Shown piece by piece: positions 1-9,466 of a stretch of DNA of 64,000 nucleotides; within the stretch, counting starts at the first letter, position 1; every line of letters begins with the position of its first letter. The stretch spans positions 1 through 64,000 of the forward strand of contig CAYUVA010000018.1 of NCBI GenBank assembly GCA_964448115.1, given 5' to 3'. The stretch is from an uncultured bacterium. GTDB taxonomy: Bacteria > CAYUVA01. Made by a program: the position numbers and the translations under genes. The notes below the pieces were generated by a model. That model saw only the letters and a list, made by a program, of their open reading frames with translations, did not search any database and had not been told where the DNA came from.

Positions 1-340
1 ATATTTCAAATAAATTTTTATCTCAAATCGATATATCCATTTAATTACATTCAAATATAATTGCCTATTATTTGCCTACTCGGAAAGAGGAGTATGATTA
101 GATCGCAATAGATAGGCTAACGGGGTGGAATATGAACTATAACATACCACCTGCAATCGTCTTTACTTGTTATCATTTTAGCTTTTTCCTGTACTGCGAC
201 CACAAGCCACGCCACGAAAGCTGAAAAAGACAGCGATATAATCGCTAAGACCTTCAATATCCTCTGCTCGGACTGCGGGCTTTACGAGAGTACTATTACT
301 GGAGCGAGGTACTCGACTGATACGCCGATTTAATCCCGAC

Positions 341-369
341 TTGACTTTTTTTCCAAAAGCACTTAAATT
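341..369 (+). promoter_or_regulatory. Putative sigma70 promoter for the pentapeptide-repeat gene
   Basis: TTGACT-N17-TAAATT about 95 bp upstream of the ATG at 463; GAGGT RBS before the ATG. Confidence 0.45.
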
Positions 370-462
370 ACCATAAGAACAGGACAGGCACAGGTTAGGA
401 AATCGGTGTAGGGGAGATATATCCCTCGCCAGAGTTGTAAATTGGTATCGCTTGAGGTATAG

Positions 463-2580
463 ATGGTCAAACTCAAAAGAAGCGATGTCATCGAGTATAT
501 CGAGGCAGGTAAGAGCCTTGCAAATGCCAACCTGGTAGGCTTGGATCTTACTGGCATCAATCTTTCCGCAGTTAACCTGAGCGGCGCCAACCTAATCGGC
601 TCCAATCTTAGTGGTTGCCTGATTCGAGGAGCCAACCTCTACCAGGCAGAGCTTATTGGAGCCAACCTGGAGAATGCTGACCTGACCGATGCTTTCTTGC
701 AGGGCGTGGATCTGCGAGAGACCGGCTTAGAGGGTGCTGTTTTTCGCAGAACCAACCTGTTTTTCTGTGATCTGAGGGGGCAAAATCTGCCAAATATTGA
801 GATGGAGGGAGCTATATTGCAGGATGCCCAGCTCGCTGGAGCTAACCTTAAGGGTGCTAATATGCAGTATTGCCTGCTGCAAAAGGCGAACCTGGCTAGC
901 ACTATTTTAGCTAACTCCAAGCTGATGGGAGCAAAGCTTTCCGGCGCCAATATCGATGGAACCGACTTCAATAATGCGCTTCTGATGGGAGCCGAGGTCA
1001 TCGAGAGCGAACTTTACAATGCTGACTTCACCGATGCAGTAATAATCGGTGTTAACTTCACGCGCAGCTTTATGAAGGATCCAGATTTCACACGCGCCAA
1101 GATGATCGATGTAAATCTTACAGAGGCTGTCATATCCGGTGGGATATTCAAGGAATCCAACCTGTATAAGGCGAGGCTGAACAAAGCAAACCTCGAAGGA
1201 GCCTTGGCTGAACATGTAAATATGGACGAGATGAAGGGTATCAGTCTGAAAATGAACAATTCCAAGCTGATCTCTGCCTCGATAAAGCGTGCACTACTAA
1301 GTAGTGCGAATTTCCAGGGATCCGACTTCACCGGCGCTAATCTAGAGTACAGCCGCCTCGAACAAGCCAATATATCCCAGTCCAAACTCATCTTCGCAAA
1401 TTTATCCCAGACCATATTGATCAGCGTTGATTTTGCTTACTCTGATCTCACTGGCGCTAAGTTGTCCAAGGCTGATCTGAGCAACGCAAACCTTAAAAGC
1501 TGCAACCTCGATAGCTGCAACATGGAGGGTGCGGTAATTAAGAATACCAATCTCATGAATTGCAATGTCGATGCTGCCATAATCGATTTCAAGACACGCC
1601 AGAAGATAGATGAGATCATCGACCAGTACGATGAGATGGCAAAACCGACCAAGGATTCCTTTATTCAGGAGAGAAAGAGCAGAACGGAAACAATAGAACA
1701 AGACCTCGATCTCACCCTTGAGGAGCGTTTTGATCAGCTCCTCGACCGAGAAAAGATAGATAAACTCAAACAAAAGGCAAGTAATAAGGAAAAGGGTGCG
1801 GAAGCCAGAAGAAATGTTCCCCAAACGGAAAAGGCAGATCAGAGAAAATCTTCATCGCAGGAGACCGATGCATTGCGCAATCCGAAGATAATCGCTGCCC
1901 ACATCAAGCGTATCGACCGAAAACTAGAGGCGCTTGGCAATATGGCTCCACAAAAACGGCAGGCTCTGCTTGAGGAGCGCAAGAAGTATGTCAAGGTTCT
2001 CAAAGCTTTGCTTAAAAAACAAAAGGGAGCCGCTGAGCAACCGCCCGCAAAAGCAAAACAGCAAAAACAAATCCCTGCTACAGCAAAAGAGACCAGAGAA
2101 ACAATAAAAGATCCCTTAAAAGATAAAGATGATGAGTTGGCAAAGAAAATACAAGAACTGGAAAAAAGGCTCGAGGAACTAACCAAGAAGAAGGAAGAAC
2201 CAGAGCGGGTAAAACCACGAGCAAAAGATCCCAACGAGGAGCTTAAGGGCGATGATATAACCAACGTGCTCAAGTATACGAGCCTGGTCTCATTCCTTCA
2301 GCAGCTCGCAATTGACGGAAAAACAGTGATGCTCAAGGTGCGCTCCAAGGAGGAATCCGACCCCGGATATATTTTTTTGAAGAATGGCTCGGTAATCCAC
2401 GCAAAAGTAGGTGAGCTGAAGGGCAACGAGGCATTCTATTACATCATTAGCCTGCAAGTATTAAGCGCTGAGGCTATGGAGCAGTACAACGAGGTGGAGG
2501 TTACCATTACCGATAAGATGGAGCGCCTGCTGCTCCATGCTCATAAATACAAGGATGACCGCAACAGAGGGCTTCAATGA
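463..2580 (+). CDS. Pentapeptide-repeat protein with charged/coiled-coil linker and C-terminal DUF4388 (PATAN-like) domain
   Basis: About 360 aa of A(N/D)LxxA pentapeptides; Lys/Glu-rich middle; C-terminal SLVSFLQQL...GYIFLKNGSVIHAKVGELKGNEAFY typical of DUF4388. Confidence 0.85.
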   Translation: MVKLKRSDVIEYIEAGKSLANANLVGLDLTGINLSAVNLSGANLIGSNLSGCLIRGANLYQAELIGANLENADLTDAFLQGVDLRETGLEGAVFRRTNLFFCDLRGQNLPNIEMEGAILQDAQLAGANLKGANMQYCLLQKANLASTILANSKLMGAKLSGANIDGTDFNNALLMGAEVIESELYNADFTDAVIIGVNFTRSFMKDPDFTRAKMIDVNLTEAVISGGIFKESNLYKARLNKANLEGALAEHVNMDEMKGISLKMNNSKLISASIKRALLSSANFQGSDFTGANLEYSRLEQANISQSKLIFANLSQTILISVDFAYSDLTGAKLSKADLSNANLKSCNLDSCNMEGAVIKNTNLMNCNVDAAIIDFKTRQKIDEIIDQYDEMAKPTKDSFIQERKSRTETIEQDLDLTLEERFDQLLDREKIDKLKQKASNKEKGAEARRNVPQTEKADQRKSSSQETDALRNPKIIAAHIKRIDRKLEALGNMAPQKRQALLEERKKYVKVLKALLKKQKGAAEQPPAKAKQQKQIPATAKETRETIKDPLKDKDDELAKKIQELEKRLEELTKKKEEPERVKPRAKDPNEELKGDDITNVLKYTSLVSFLQQLAIDGKTVMLKVRSKEESDPGYIFLKNGSVIHAKVGELKGNEAFYYIISLQVLSAEAMEQYNEVEVTITDKMERLLLHAHKYKDDRNRGLQ

Positions 2581-3482
2581 CCCCATTGACGGTATTTATA
2601 TTCTATACCGCCAGATGCAACCTGACCTGCGACTTTTGTTTTAATAGATTCTCCGGGGATGACGAGCTAGATTCGTTCCCTGAAGATAAGCTCGATATTC
2701 TCGGCATATTCCTGGAGCGCATAGCCCCAGAGATAGTCATCATCACCGGCGGCGAGCCGACCCTGGAGCCATCGCTATTTAGCCTGCTTGATATGCTTCG
2801 CTCACAGGGCATCCTCTCCATGATCCTCTCCAACGGGCATAGATTAAGCGATGCAATGCTAGTCAGGCTAGCTGGAGCTGGCTTGAATTATTTGTCAATA
2901 TCGCTGAATACGCTAGCTTTACCTGATGACAAGGCGGATCGGTACATCGAGGATACATTCGCAAAGCTCGATCAGATCGCCAGCCTCGGCATGACAGCAT
3001 CGCTGATCAGCGTGATAACTCGGCGCAATATAAGCCTGATCGAGCATATATATCAGCTTGCCAATAAACCCCCTGGAGTCGGGATCATCTATCAGCCGGT
3101 TTACATTCCTGAATCGCTCAATGCCTTGCCTGATTATGCGTTGGAGCTTATGACCCAAGCCGAGAAGCAGGGATTGTCAAGTAGCCTGGCGCCTTATTTC
3201 AGGGATTATGATTTGCAGCAATATCGCAGGCTATTCGGCTATTTATATGGCTTGGAGCCTGAGCCTGCGCATCCTGGGCGCTGTCGCATGGGAAGCGAGA
3301 GCGTGGTCATCTATCCCGATGGCAGGCTATTGCCCTGTTTTCATCGAGGTGATCTGTGTGTCGGCAATCTGTTTTCAGATGATCACCAGCAGCTATTGCA
3401 TAGGGCTGCTGAGCAATGGGGCGAGCTAGCCGATGCGCACTGTTTCGGCAAGCACTGCCTGTCGCTGTTCGTGGGGGAGTGA
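2577..3482 (+). CDS. Radical SAM protein with C-terminal SPASM/Twitch domain
   Basis: CNLTCDFC (CxxxCxxC), TGGEPTL, SNG, and C-terminal CRMG...IYPDGRLLPC...CFGKHC; ATGA overlap with upstream gene. Confidence 0.9.
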   Translation: MTPLTVFIFYTARCNLTCDFCFNRFSGDDELDSFPEDKLDILGIFLERIAPEIVIITGGEPTLEPSLFSLLDMLRSQGILSMILSNGHRLSDAMLVRLAGAGLNYLSISLNTLALPDDKADRYIEDTFAKLDQIASLGMTASLISVITRRNISLIEHIYQLANKPPGVGIIYQPVYIPESLNALPDYALELMTQAEKQGLSSSLAPYFRDYDLQQYRRLFGYLYGLEPEPAHPGRCRMGSESVVIYPDGRLLPCFHRGDLCVGNLFSDDHQQLLHRAAEQWGELADAHCFGKHCLSLFVGE

Positions 3483-3845
3483 ATTTGGGTGTTGACATTA
3501 TCACAGAATGGAGCCATTTTATAATAAATAAAGCTCGCAATGAGGGTTGGAAGAATTTGATTGATACGAATAATATGGGTATTGCAATAGTAAATAAGCC
3601 CTGGACAGGTGATCAAGGTTATTCTCCGTCAGAGCATAACCAAGAAGAAATTACCCCTTAATATGAGAGATTGAGTGATATATATAGCTATTAGGATGAC
3701 GAAATTAGAGAAAAATTCGGACGCAACTAATTAAAACTGTCCTGTGAAAGATTAAATTATCTTCGATAGAATGATTATAATAACGAAACTACCTATAATT
3801 TCAGACTATACTTGGTTTAAAGAAATCAAAAATTGGAAGTAAAAA

Positions 3846-4931
3846 ATGCAAAACAGCGACTTCTACCTCCTCGCCCACCTGTCTGACTTGCATTTGACCA
3901 GCAAGAGGATGGACTACTTCAGGGGGCTGCTTGGTAATAAGAAGCTCAACGAGTGCGACTATATCCTCATTACCGGCGATATAAGAGACACCTCCAAGGT
4001 GGAACGGCTCATCGAGATATTTGAGACCCTGGAGCCACTCAAGGAAAAGATCCTGCCCGTGCCTGGCAATCATGACATAAACCTTGATATGGTCAAGGTG
4101 GGCAGGAATATCTCGAAAATATTATTGAAAATCTGGCGATATATTAGGATAACAAATCCAGAGGTTTGGATTATTACAAAAATATTTAATGATCTTATCG
4201 ATACTATTAGCGATAATAAGCGATATAATATAAATTATAGACAACTTTTTAAGATGATTTCATTAAATGAACTTTCATTAATGCAGGTGGATCCCGGCCA
4301 AAAAATTAGCAAAATATCCAGAATAAAACGAGATCTATTTTTACTCATAAACGACAATCCTCAGGCAGCCTCGACTCCGTATCCCATGTACAAACATCTC
4401 GATGAGAACCTGACCATTGTGCTGCTCGATTCCACCTACAAGGGCATGAAGGATCTCGGCATAAACAATGCATTCGGGGTTATTGGTGATGTGCAACTCA
4501 AAAGGCTGGAGAGGTTTTTTGCTCAAAACAAGCAAAGGAAACACATAATACTTCTCCATCACCATGTGCAGATCCCGCAGGAGGTCAAGGAGAAGCTCAA
4601 AGGCTTGAACAAGATGATGTTCGATGTCTCGGAGCAATTTTTAAAGATACTCTTGGATGATCGAGATAAATTGGTCGATCTCTGCGGAAAATACAATGTA
4701 ACCGCCATCTTCAACGGGCACCGCCACTGGGACTACGAGACCGAACTTGATGGCATAAAGATAGTCTCTGCGCCATCGACAACTATGGGCAATGAGCTTG
4801 AGGGCTATGGCAAGCCATACTTTAAGCGATTTCGATTATACAAAGGTTCTGGCATGGTCGAATATCATGACACCATTGAACTTGAGCCATTGGTCAAGCC
4901 AAAGCAGGCCAAAACTGATGAGCCAGCTTGA
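3846..4931 (+). CDS. Calcineurin-like metallophosphoesterase
   Basis: Motifs SDLH, TGD, PGNHD, LHHH, GHRH in canonical order. Confidence 0.88.
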   Translation: MQNSDFYLLAHLSDLHLTSKRMDYFRGLLGNKKLNECDYILITGDIRDTSKVERLIEIFETLEPLKEKILPVPGNHDINLDMVKVGRNISKILLKIWRYIRITNPEVWIITKIFNDLIDTISDNKRYNINYRQLFKMISLNELSLMQVDPGQKISKISRIKRDLFLLINDNPQAASTPYPMYKHLDENLTIVLLDSTYKGMKDLGINNAFGVIGDVQLKRLERFFAQNKQRKHIILLHHHVQIPQEVKEKLKGLNKMMFDVSEQFLKILLDDRDKLVDLCGKYNVTAIFNGHRHWDYETELDGIKIVSAPSTTMGNELEGYGKPYFKRFRLYKGSGMVEYHDTIELEPLVKPKQAKTDEPA

Positions 4932-4987
4932 CTAATCGTCTCCTTTTGCATAGGATCGGAGCGTTCTAATAACTCAAGGAGGTCATT

Positions 4988-5755
4988 ATGAGGGATCTTA
5001 GCAAGCTGACGGTTATATTGGCATTATTATCGCTTTTTTTCCCAACGATTATCTTGGCAGAGGAGCTTTCCAGGGGCAACCTGGTCATTGAACTGGATAA
5101 TATAAAGGAACTTTACAAGAATACAGGCACGCTGAAGGATAAGATTGTGCTGCTTAAGGGCAAATTCAACGGCTTCGAGGCGGATCGGGCGTGCAATCAA
5201 TATCGCCCTTCGAGCAGATCCGACTGGGTGCTTAAAGATGGGACTGGCTGTATTTATATAAATGGTCCTTTTCCTCTGTGGTGCGATCCTATAGACAAGG
5301 GGACCCTGGGCACGAAGATTGAGCTTATCGGTATTGTCAGGGTCGAGCCTAAGAACATCTTCATCGAGCTTCTGTATCAGGTGGTATCGCTATCGGAGTA
5401 CAATAAAGCTAAATTGAAGTTCAAGCCTTCACAACCAGTGGAACTTAAGCCGGATACGCAAGGGAGGCTCACCATCGGCGATATCCTGAATTTCCCCAAG
5501 CGATACGAGAACCAGATGGTAACCATAAGCGGCATCTTCAAGGGATGGAAGGGGAACTGCAAGTATCCGCCACCGATGAGTCGCTCGGATTGGATGATCG
5601 AGGACAAGACTGGCTGCATCTATGTTCACGGTCAAACGCCAAGAGGTTACTTCTCGGCGCCGCCGGATGCGCAAGGGATGGACAAGCCGATTACGGTTAC
5701 CGGCAAGATCCTTCTCGATGATAAGGGCAATCCTTACATTAACCTGAATCAATGA
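4988..5755 (+). CDS. Secreted protein with two tandem ~100 aa Cys-containing repeats (OB-fold-like)
   Basis: Signal peptide; duplicated motif G.F.G...C..xPxSRSDW...D.TGCIY..G; AAGGAGG RBS. Confidence 0.75.
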   Translation: MRDLSKLTVILALLSLFFPTIILAEELSRGNLVIELDNIKELYKNTGTLKDKIVLLKGKFNGFEADRACNQYRPSSRSDWVLKDGTGCIYINGPFPLWCDPIDKGTLGTKIELIGIVRVEPKNIFIELLYQVVSLSEYNKAKLKFKPSQPVELKPDTQGRLTIGDILNFPKRYENQMVTISGIFKGWKGNCKYPPPMSRSDWMIEDKTGCIYVHGQTPRGYFSAPPDAQGMDKPITVTGKILLDDKGNPYINLNQ

Positions 5756-6052
5756 GTCGCTGATCTGAAGACAAGCACTTTACCTTCCGATAGGGTGAAC
5801 TTGATCAACTGGTCAAGGATACTGCGCAGGCATCCCTCGATTAGCTCCCCATCATCCGATCCGCGAGCATCCATGCAGGTGGCGCAGAGATAAACACCCC
5901 CCCTTATTCGCCAAAGCCCTTATCATGCGCCCGATATTGTAGTATCCATCTAACATCATCTGCCCTTGCTTGGCGCAGAAGACGGCATCTCCCATAAGAA
6001 ACACTCGCACAATTGAATTAGGTTCGACTCGTTGGATTGCCTAAGCCAGGCG
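5749..6052 (-). pseudogene. DsrE/YchN-family sulfur-relay protein pseudogene
   Basis: Manual translation RLA*AIQRVEPNSIVRVFLMGDAVFCAKQGQMMLDGYYNIGRMIRALANKGG / VYLCATCMDARG...ELIEG...KVLVF; in-frame TAG at 6041-6043, frameshift at the G7 run 5897-5903, no intact N-terminus. Confidence 0.8.
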
Positions 6053-6198
6053 GTGGGAGGAATGGGAAACCGTGCAAATGCCTCCCCTAAGAGAAGCCTA
6101 GCTGACACAAGGATAGATTGATTTCTATGTGTCTTTGTGTGGCGCTTATTTATTGCTTAACTAACTCTCAGCCTTCGGTTGCGACTATTGCGGTTTTA

Positions 6199-9100
6199 TC
6201 ATTCCCCCGCTCTGAGGTATGGCCATTGCTTGCTAAGGTTACGCACCCCGTCGTTTGCCACCAAGCCAAGCTCTATGGTCATAGGAGACAACCCGCTCTC
6301 CATCGGCACGCCCAAAGCAAATACATTATCGCCAGCTATGCCCCCGGGATCTGGATAGACGCCATTATCAAGCAACTTAACTCCGCTGGGAATGCCCTGA
6401 TAGTAAATCTCGACCTCTATCGGAGTCGAATAGATAGGCACCGGCAGCTCATATACATAAGCAACCATGGTCAGGTACCCGCCGGTGTGGTCTAGTTCTG
6501 TATCCCAGTACCCGCCCAGGTATATCTGTGGTGCAATAAGGTCGATGATCACCTCGACCTCGTTGCTCTTTTCGCTCTCCAAGCCGGCGTTGTTCAGCGC
6601 GGTTACCGAGTAATAATACCTCTTGTTTCCCACCACCGTGTTGTCGATATAATTTGAGGATTTCACCGGCCAGCCTTGATTGAGCACTATGTATCCGCCG
6701 GTCGGGGTCTCGCGTCGATATATATAGTACCCCTTGAGGTCAGGCTCTGTATTATCATCCCAATCGAGGTGTGCGCTCGGTCCCACCATCCATCCGCGCA
6801 GGTTCCTTGGTTTGGATGGCGCGTCGCTCCCGGTCGATGCGCTAACCGTATTGGAAGGCTCGCTCTCCAAGCCGAGATCATTCACCGCTGTAACGAAGTA
6901 ATTATAGAGCGTTGCCGGCTGCACATCCTCGTCCGAGTAATGCGACTGGCTCTCCAGATCAGCGATGCGAGTGAAGCCGGAGACATCGCTCTTTCTTCGA
7001 TAGACATTGTATCCAGCCAGGTTCGTCTCGCTGTTGTCCTCCCAGTCGAGTGCGATGCGGTCGCCCTGTCCCTCGGCAGTCAAGCCGCGTGGCGCAGAGG
7101 GAGGCGGACTGGTAGGAGTCGGCGTCTGCCCCGGCTGCGTGGGAGTCGGAGTTGGCTGACCAGCCAGGGCGATGTATAGGTTGTAGCTGCCCATGTCATC
7201 CGCATCGTAACCATCAACCACGATAAAGTAAGATTGCCCAGCAGCAAGAGCCAAATCTAATATCCGCTCCGGGGTGCCGCTGTCAGAGCCTGCGATGCAG
7301 GAAGCCATATTCTCGCAGTCGGTAAGCACATACAGCGAGGCATCGAAGGGATCAACCGCGGTAAGCGTGATATCAACATTCTGGTTGCTGGCTGGATTGT
7401 ATTGGTAAACCACATCAGCACCGATAGCCTTATACCCAGTGCAGCCGCCGTTGCCCGGGTCGTAGTCATTCGCTGCATAAGATGTATCGCCGCTGTGAGA
7501 GTACGGTACCTGGGGGATCAGCTTGCCGGGACAGCGCTCATTCTTAAGCTCCACTGTGAGCGCGTAGTTGCCATTATCACCTGAATCAAATCCATCGCTT
7601 ATGATGTAATAAGTGGTTCCTGCTTGCAGCAACATATTGCTTATTGTCTCTGCTCCGCCGCTTAATGCCTGGTCGCTACCCCTTAGGCAGGAGTCCATGT
7701 TCCCGCAGTCGGTTACCACATACAGAGAGGCATCGTAATCGCTCGGCTCAAGGATGATATTCACCTCCAGGTTGCGACTCGGCGTGAAGGAGTAAACAAT
7801 ATCCTTGCCATAGGCGTTATAGCCGGTGCACCCCCCACTGCCAGGATTGTAGTCGTTATGAATCTCTGGATCATTAGTATTGCCTTGTGTGCTGAAGGGG
7901 AGGGAGTTTACCTGTATTCCGGGACAAGTATCGCCTGATGGGGGCTGCCCTGGGGTCGGTGTGCGAGTGGGAGTCGATGTGGGATATGGCGTGAGGGTTG
8001 GCGTTGCCGTGGCAGTCGGGGTCGGAGGCGGAGTCGGAGAAACACCGCTGGATGCGATCAGTATCTGGAAGGAGCCTATATCCTCTGCGTCATAGCTGTC
8101 GCATACGATGTAGTATGTAGTTCCGCCGGTCAAGGGAACATTGGAGAGCACCTCCGGGTCGTTTACTGTATCGACTCCAGCGATGCAGGTTCCCATATCA
8201 TCGCAGTCGGTTACCACATATATCGCCGGGTCATAAGCCTCCTCCTGCCACAGATATACATCGATGCTCATATTGGAAGGCGGAGTATAGGAAAAGACGA
8301 TATCCCTACCTGGCTCCGAGTAGCCGGTGCAGCCGCTCGAACCTGGATTGTAGTTGTTCTCCGCATTGCTCATATTGCGCGAGCGGATGAAAGGAAGCGA
8401 ATCGACCACGGTGCCAGGGCAGATATCATCAGCCTCGTGCACATCGAAGGTGAATTCGCCACCCTCGTAAGGCTCGTAGGCATCGAAGAAGATATAGTAC
8501 CTGGTGCCGGACTGAACGGGCACATTATGAAGCATCTCCGTTCCACCGGTCGTATATTGATCCGAGCCAGCGATGCAAGTGGTTAGATCCTTGCAATCTG
8601 TGGCTATATAAAGCGAGGCATCGAAACCTGTCGGATCCATGATTACGCTGATCTTCTGATCGTAAGGGGGATCATAGTGATAGATTAGATCCTTGCCGGC
8701 TGCGGTATGCCCGGTGCAACCCCCGCCGCCCGGATTGTAGTCATCATCACCATAGATCGAGTCGTCCGCGCCGTGATAGGGGAGGCTAGGAACCTCTATG
8801 CCAGGACAGACATCCTGGTAAACATAGAAGTAGAGATTAAAGGTGCCGAAGCTGAGCGGCCAGGTGCCGTCGCATATAATATAATAGGTCGTGCCCTGAG
8901 CAAGGTGAAGATCCACGATGTATTCCGGCTCTCCGCTGGCGACTCTGTCTGCTCCAGCAACGCAACTATCCATATCGCTGCAGTCGGTTACCACATAGAT
9001 CGATGCGTCGAAGTCCGCTGGGTCCATGATCAGGATAACCCTCATGTCCTTAGGGGGGGTGAAGTTATACACGACATCTGGTCCGGTCGCGAATATGCCG

Positions 9101-9348
9101 GTGCAGCCACCAGTTCCTGGGTCATAGTCGTTTAAAGCTAAAATATTAGTGTCGGTCGTGTAGTAGGCTAAGGTCGGTATAGTGGTACCTGGACAGGTAT
9201 CGCCGCCCCCCTTGCCATTATACTGTTCAAGGGTAATAGTCTTCCCAATTGGAACCTCATCCCCAAAGCTGGGGATCGCCCACATTGCTAAACAAAAGAT
9301 GCCTAAGACTATAGCATCCAATCCTCGAATCATCCTCGACATAGCCAT
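6199..9348 (-). CDS. Large secreted/surface protein: 5 Cys-rich ~125 aa repeats, Pro/Thr linkers, 2 fibronectin type III domains, conserved C-terminal domain
   Basis: Signal peptide; five copies of CPG...[DN]Y[DN]PG.GGCTG...YVVTDC...C.AG; PT linkers; two FN3 units (LDW.DN.E.(N/D)L.GY..YRR...Y.Y.VTA.N); CTD PQIYLGGYWDT...WPYLRAGE. Confidence 0.88.
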   Translation of the reverse strand: MAMSRMIRGLDAIVLGIFCLAMWAIPSFGDEVPIGKTITLEQYNGKGGGDTCPGTTIPTLAYYTTDTNILALNDYDPGTGGCTGIFATGPDVVYNFTPPKDMRVILIMDPADFDASIYVVTDCSDMDSCVAGADRVASGEPEYIVDLHLAQGTTYYIICDGTWPLSFGTFNLYFYVYQDVCPGIEVPSLPYHGADDSIYGDDDYNPGGGGCTGHTAAGKDLIYHYDPPYDQKISVIMDPTGFDASLYIATDCKDLTTCIAGSDQYTTGGTEMLHNVPVQSGTRYYIFFDAYEPYEGGEFTFDVHEADDICPGTVVDSLPFIRSRNMSNAENNYNPGSSGCTGYSEPGRDIVFSYTPPSNMSIDVYLWQEEAYDPAIYVVTDCDDMGTCIAGVDTVNDPEVLSNVPLTGGTTYYIVCDSYDAEDIGSFQILIASSGVSPTPPPTPTATATPTLTPYPTSTPTRTPTPGQPPSGDTCPGIQVNSLPFSTQGNTNDPEIHNDYNPGSGGCTGYNAYGKDIVYSFTPSRNLEVNIILEPSDYDASLYVVTDCGNMDSCLRGSDQALSGGAETISNMLLQAGTTYYIISDGFDSGDNGNYALTVELKNERCPGKLIPQVPYSHSGDTSYAANDYDPGNGGCTGYKAIGADVVYQYNPASNQNVDITLTAVDPFDASLYVLTDCENMASCIAGSDSGTPERILDLALAAGQSYFIVVDGYDADDMGSYNLYIALAGQPTPTPTQPGQTPTPTSPPPSAPRGLTAEGQGDRIALDWEDNSETNLAGYNVYRRKSDVSGFTRIADLESQSHYSDEDVQPATLYNYFVTAVNDLGLESEPSNTVSASTGSDAPSKPRNLRGWMVGPSAHLDWDDNTEPDLKGYYIYRRETPTGGYIVLNQGWPVKSSNYIDNTVVGNKRYYYSVTALNNAGLESEKSNEVEVIIDLIAPQIYLGGYWDTELDHTGGYLTMVAYVYELPVPIYSTPIEVEIYYQGIPSGVKLLDNGVYPDPGGIAGDNVFALGVPMESGLSPMTIELGLVANDGVRNLSKQWPYLRAGE

Positions 9349-9387
9349 AACTCCTTTACAATCGATTCTCGTTTCTAATTTGCTTTA

Positions 9388-9415
9388 ATTATATTAACAT
9401 GTTTCCCGTTTTCAA
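9388..9415 (-). promoter_or_regulatory. Putative sigma70 promoter for the 1049 aa secreted protein
   Basis: Minus strand TTGAAA-N16-TATAAT; AAGGAG RBS before the ATG at 9348. Confidence 0.55.
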
Positions 9416-9466
9416 GTCCTGCTTTGAACAGCCCCATCTCGACTTGGGCACGATAAGTACAAAACC

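Noticed and set aside
132-333. Signal-peptide-like short frame (LQSSLLVIILAFSCTATTSHA...) at the window start
   Set aside because: The nearby ATG is in a different frame and the frame is short; possibly a gene remnant, but not supportable.
3492-3525. TTGACA...TATAAT promoter
   Set aside because: The spacer is 22 nt, too long for sigma70.
6041-6043. In-frame TAG as pyrrolysine or stop-codon recoding
   Set aside because: The same gene also has a frameshift and a lost start, and TAG serves as a normal stop for other genes (e.g. htpX, gltA, ruvB).
6055-6133. Hairpins (GGGAGG...CCTCCC with ATGG-GAAA-CCGT; GACACA...TGTGTC) as a riboswitch or ncRNA
   Set aside because: They match no riboswitch consensus I recognise and are better explained as repeat debris at the broken 5' end of the DsrE pseudogene. 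An Rfam search would settle it.
6199-6531. Shared CTD as a T9SS CTD, PEP-CTERM, LPXTG or autotransporter signal
   Set aside because: It has no YPNP/KxxK T9SS signature, no terminal TM helix with basic tail, and no terminal aromatic beta-barrel strand.
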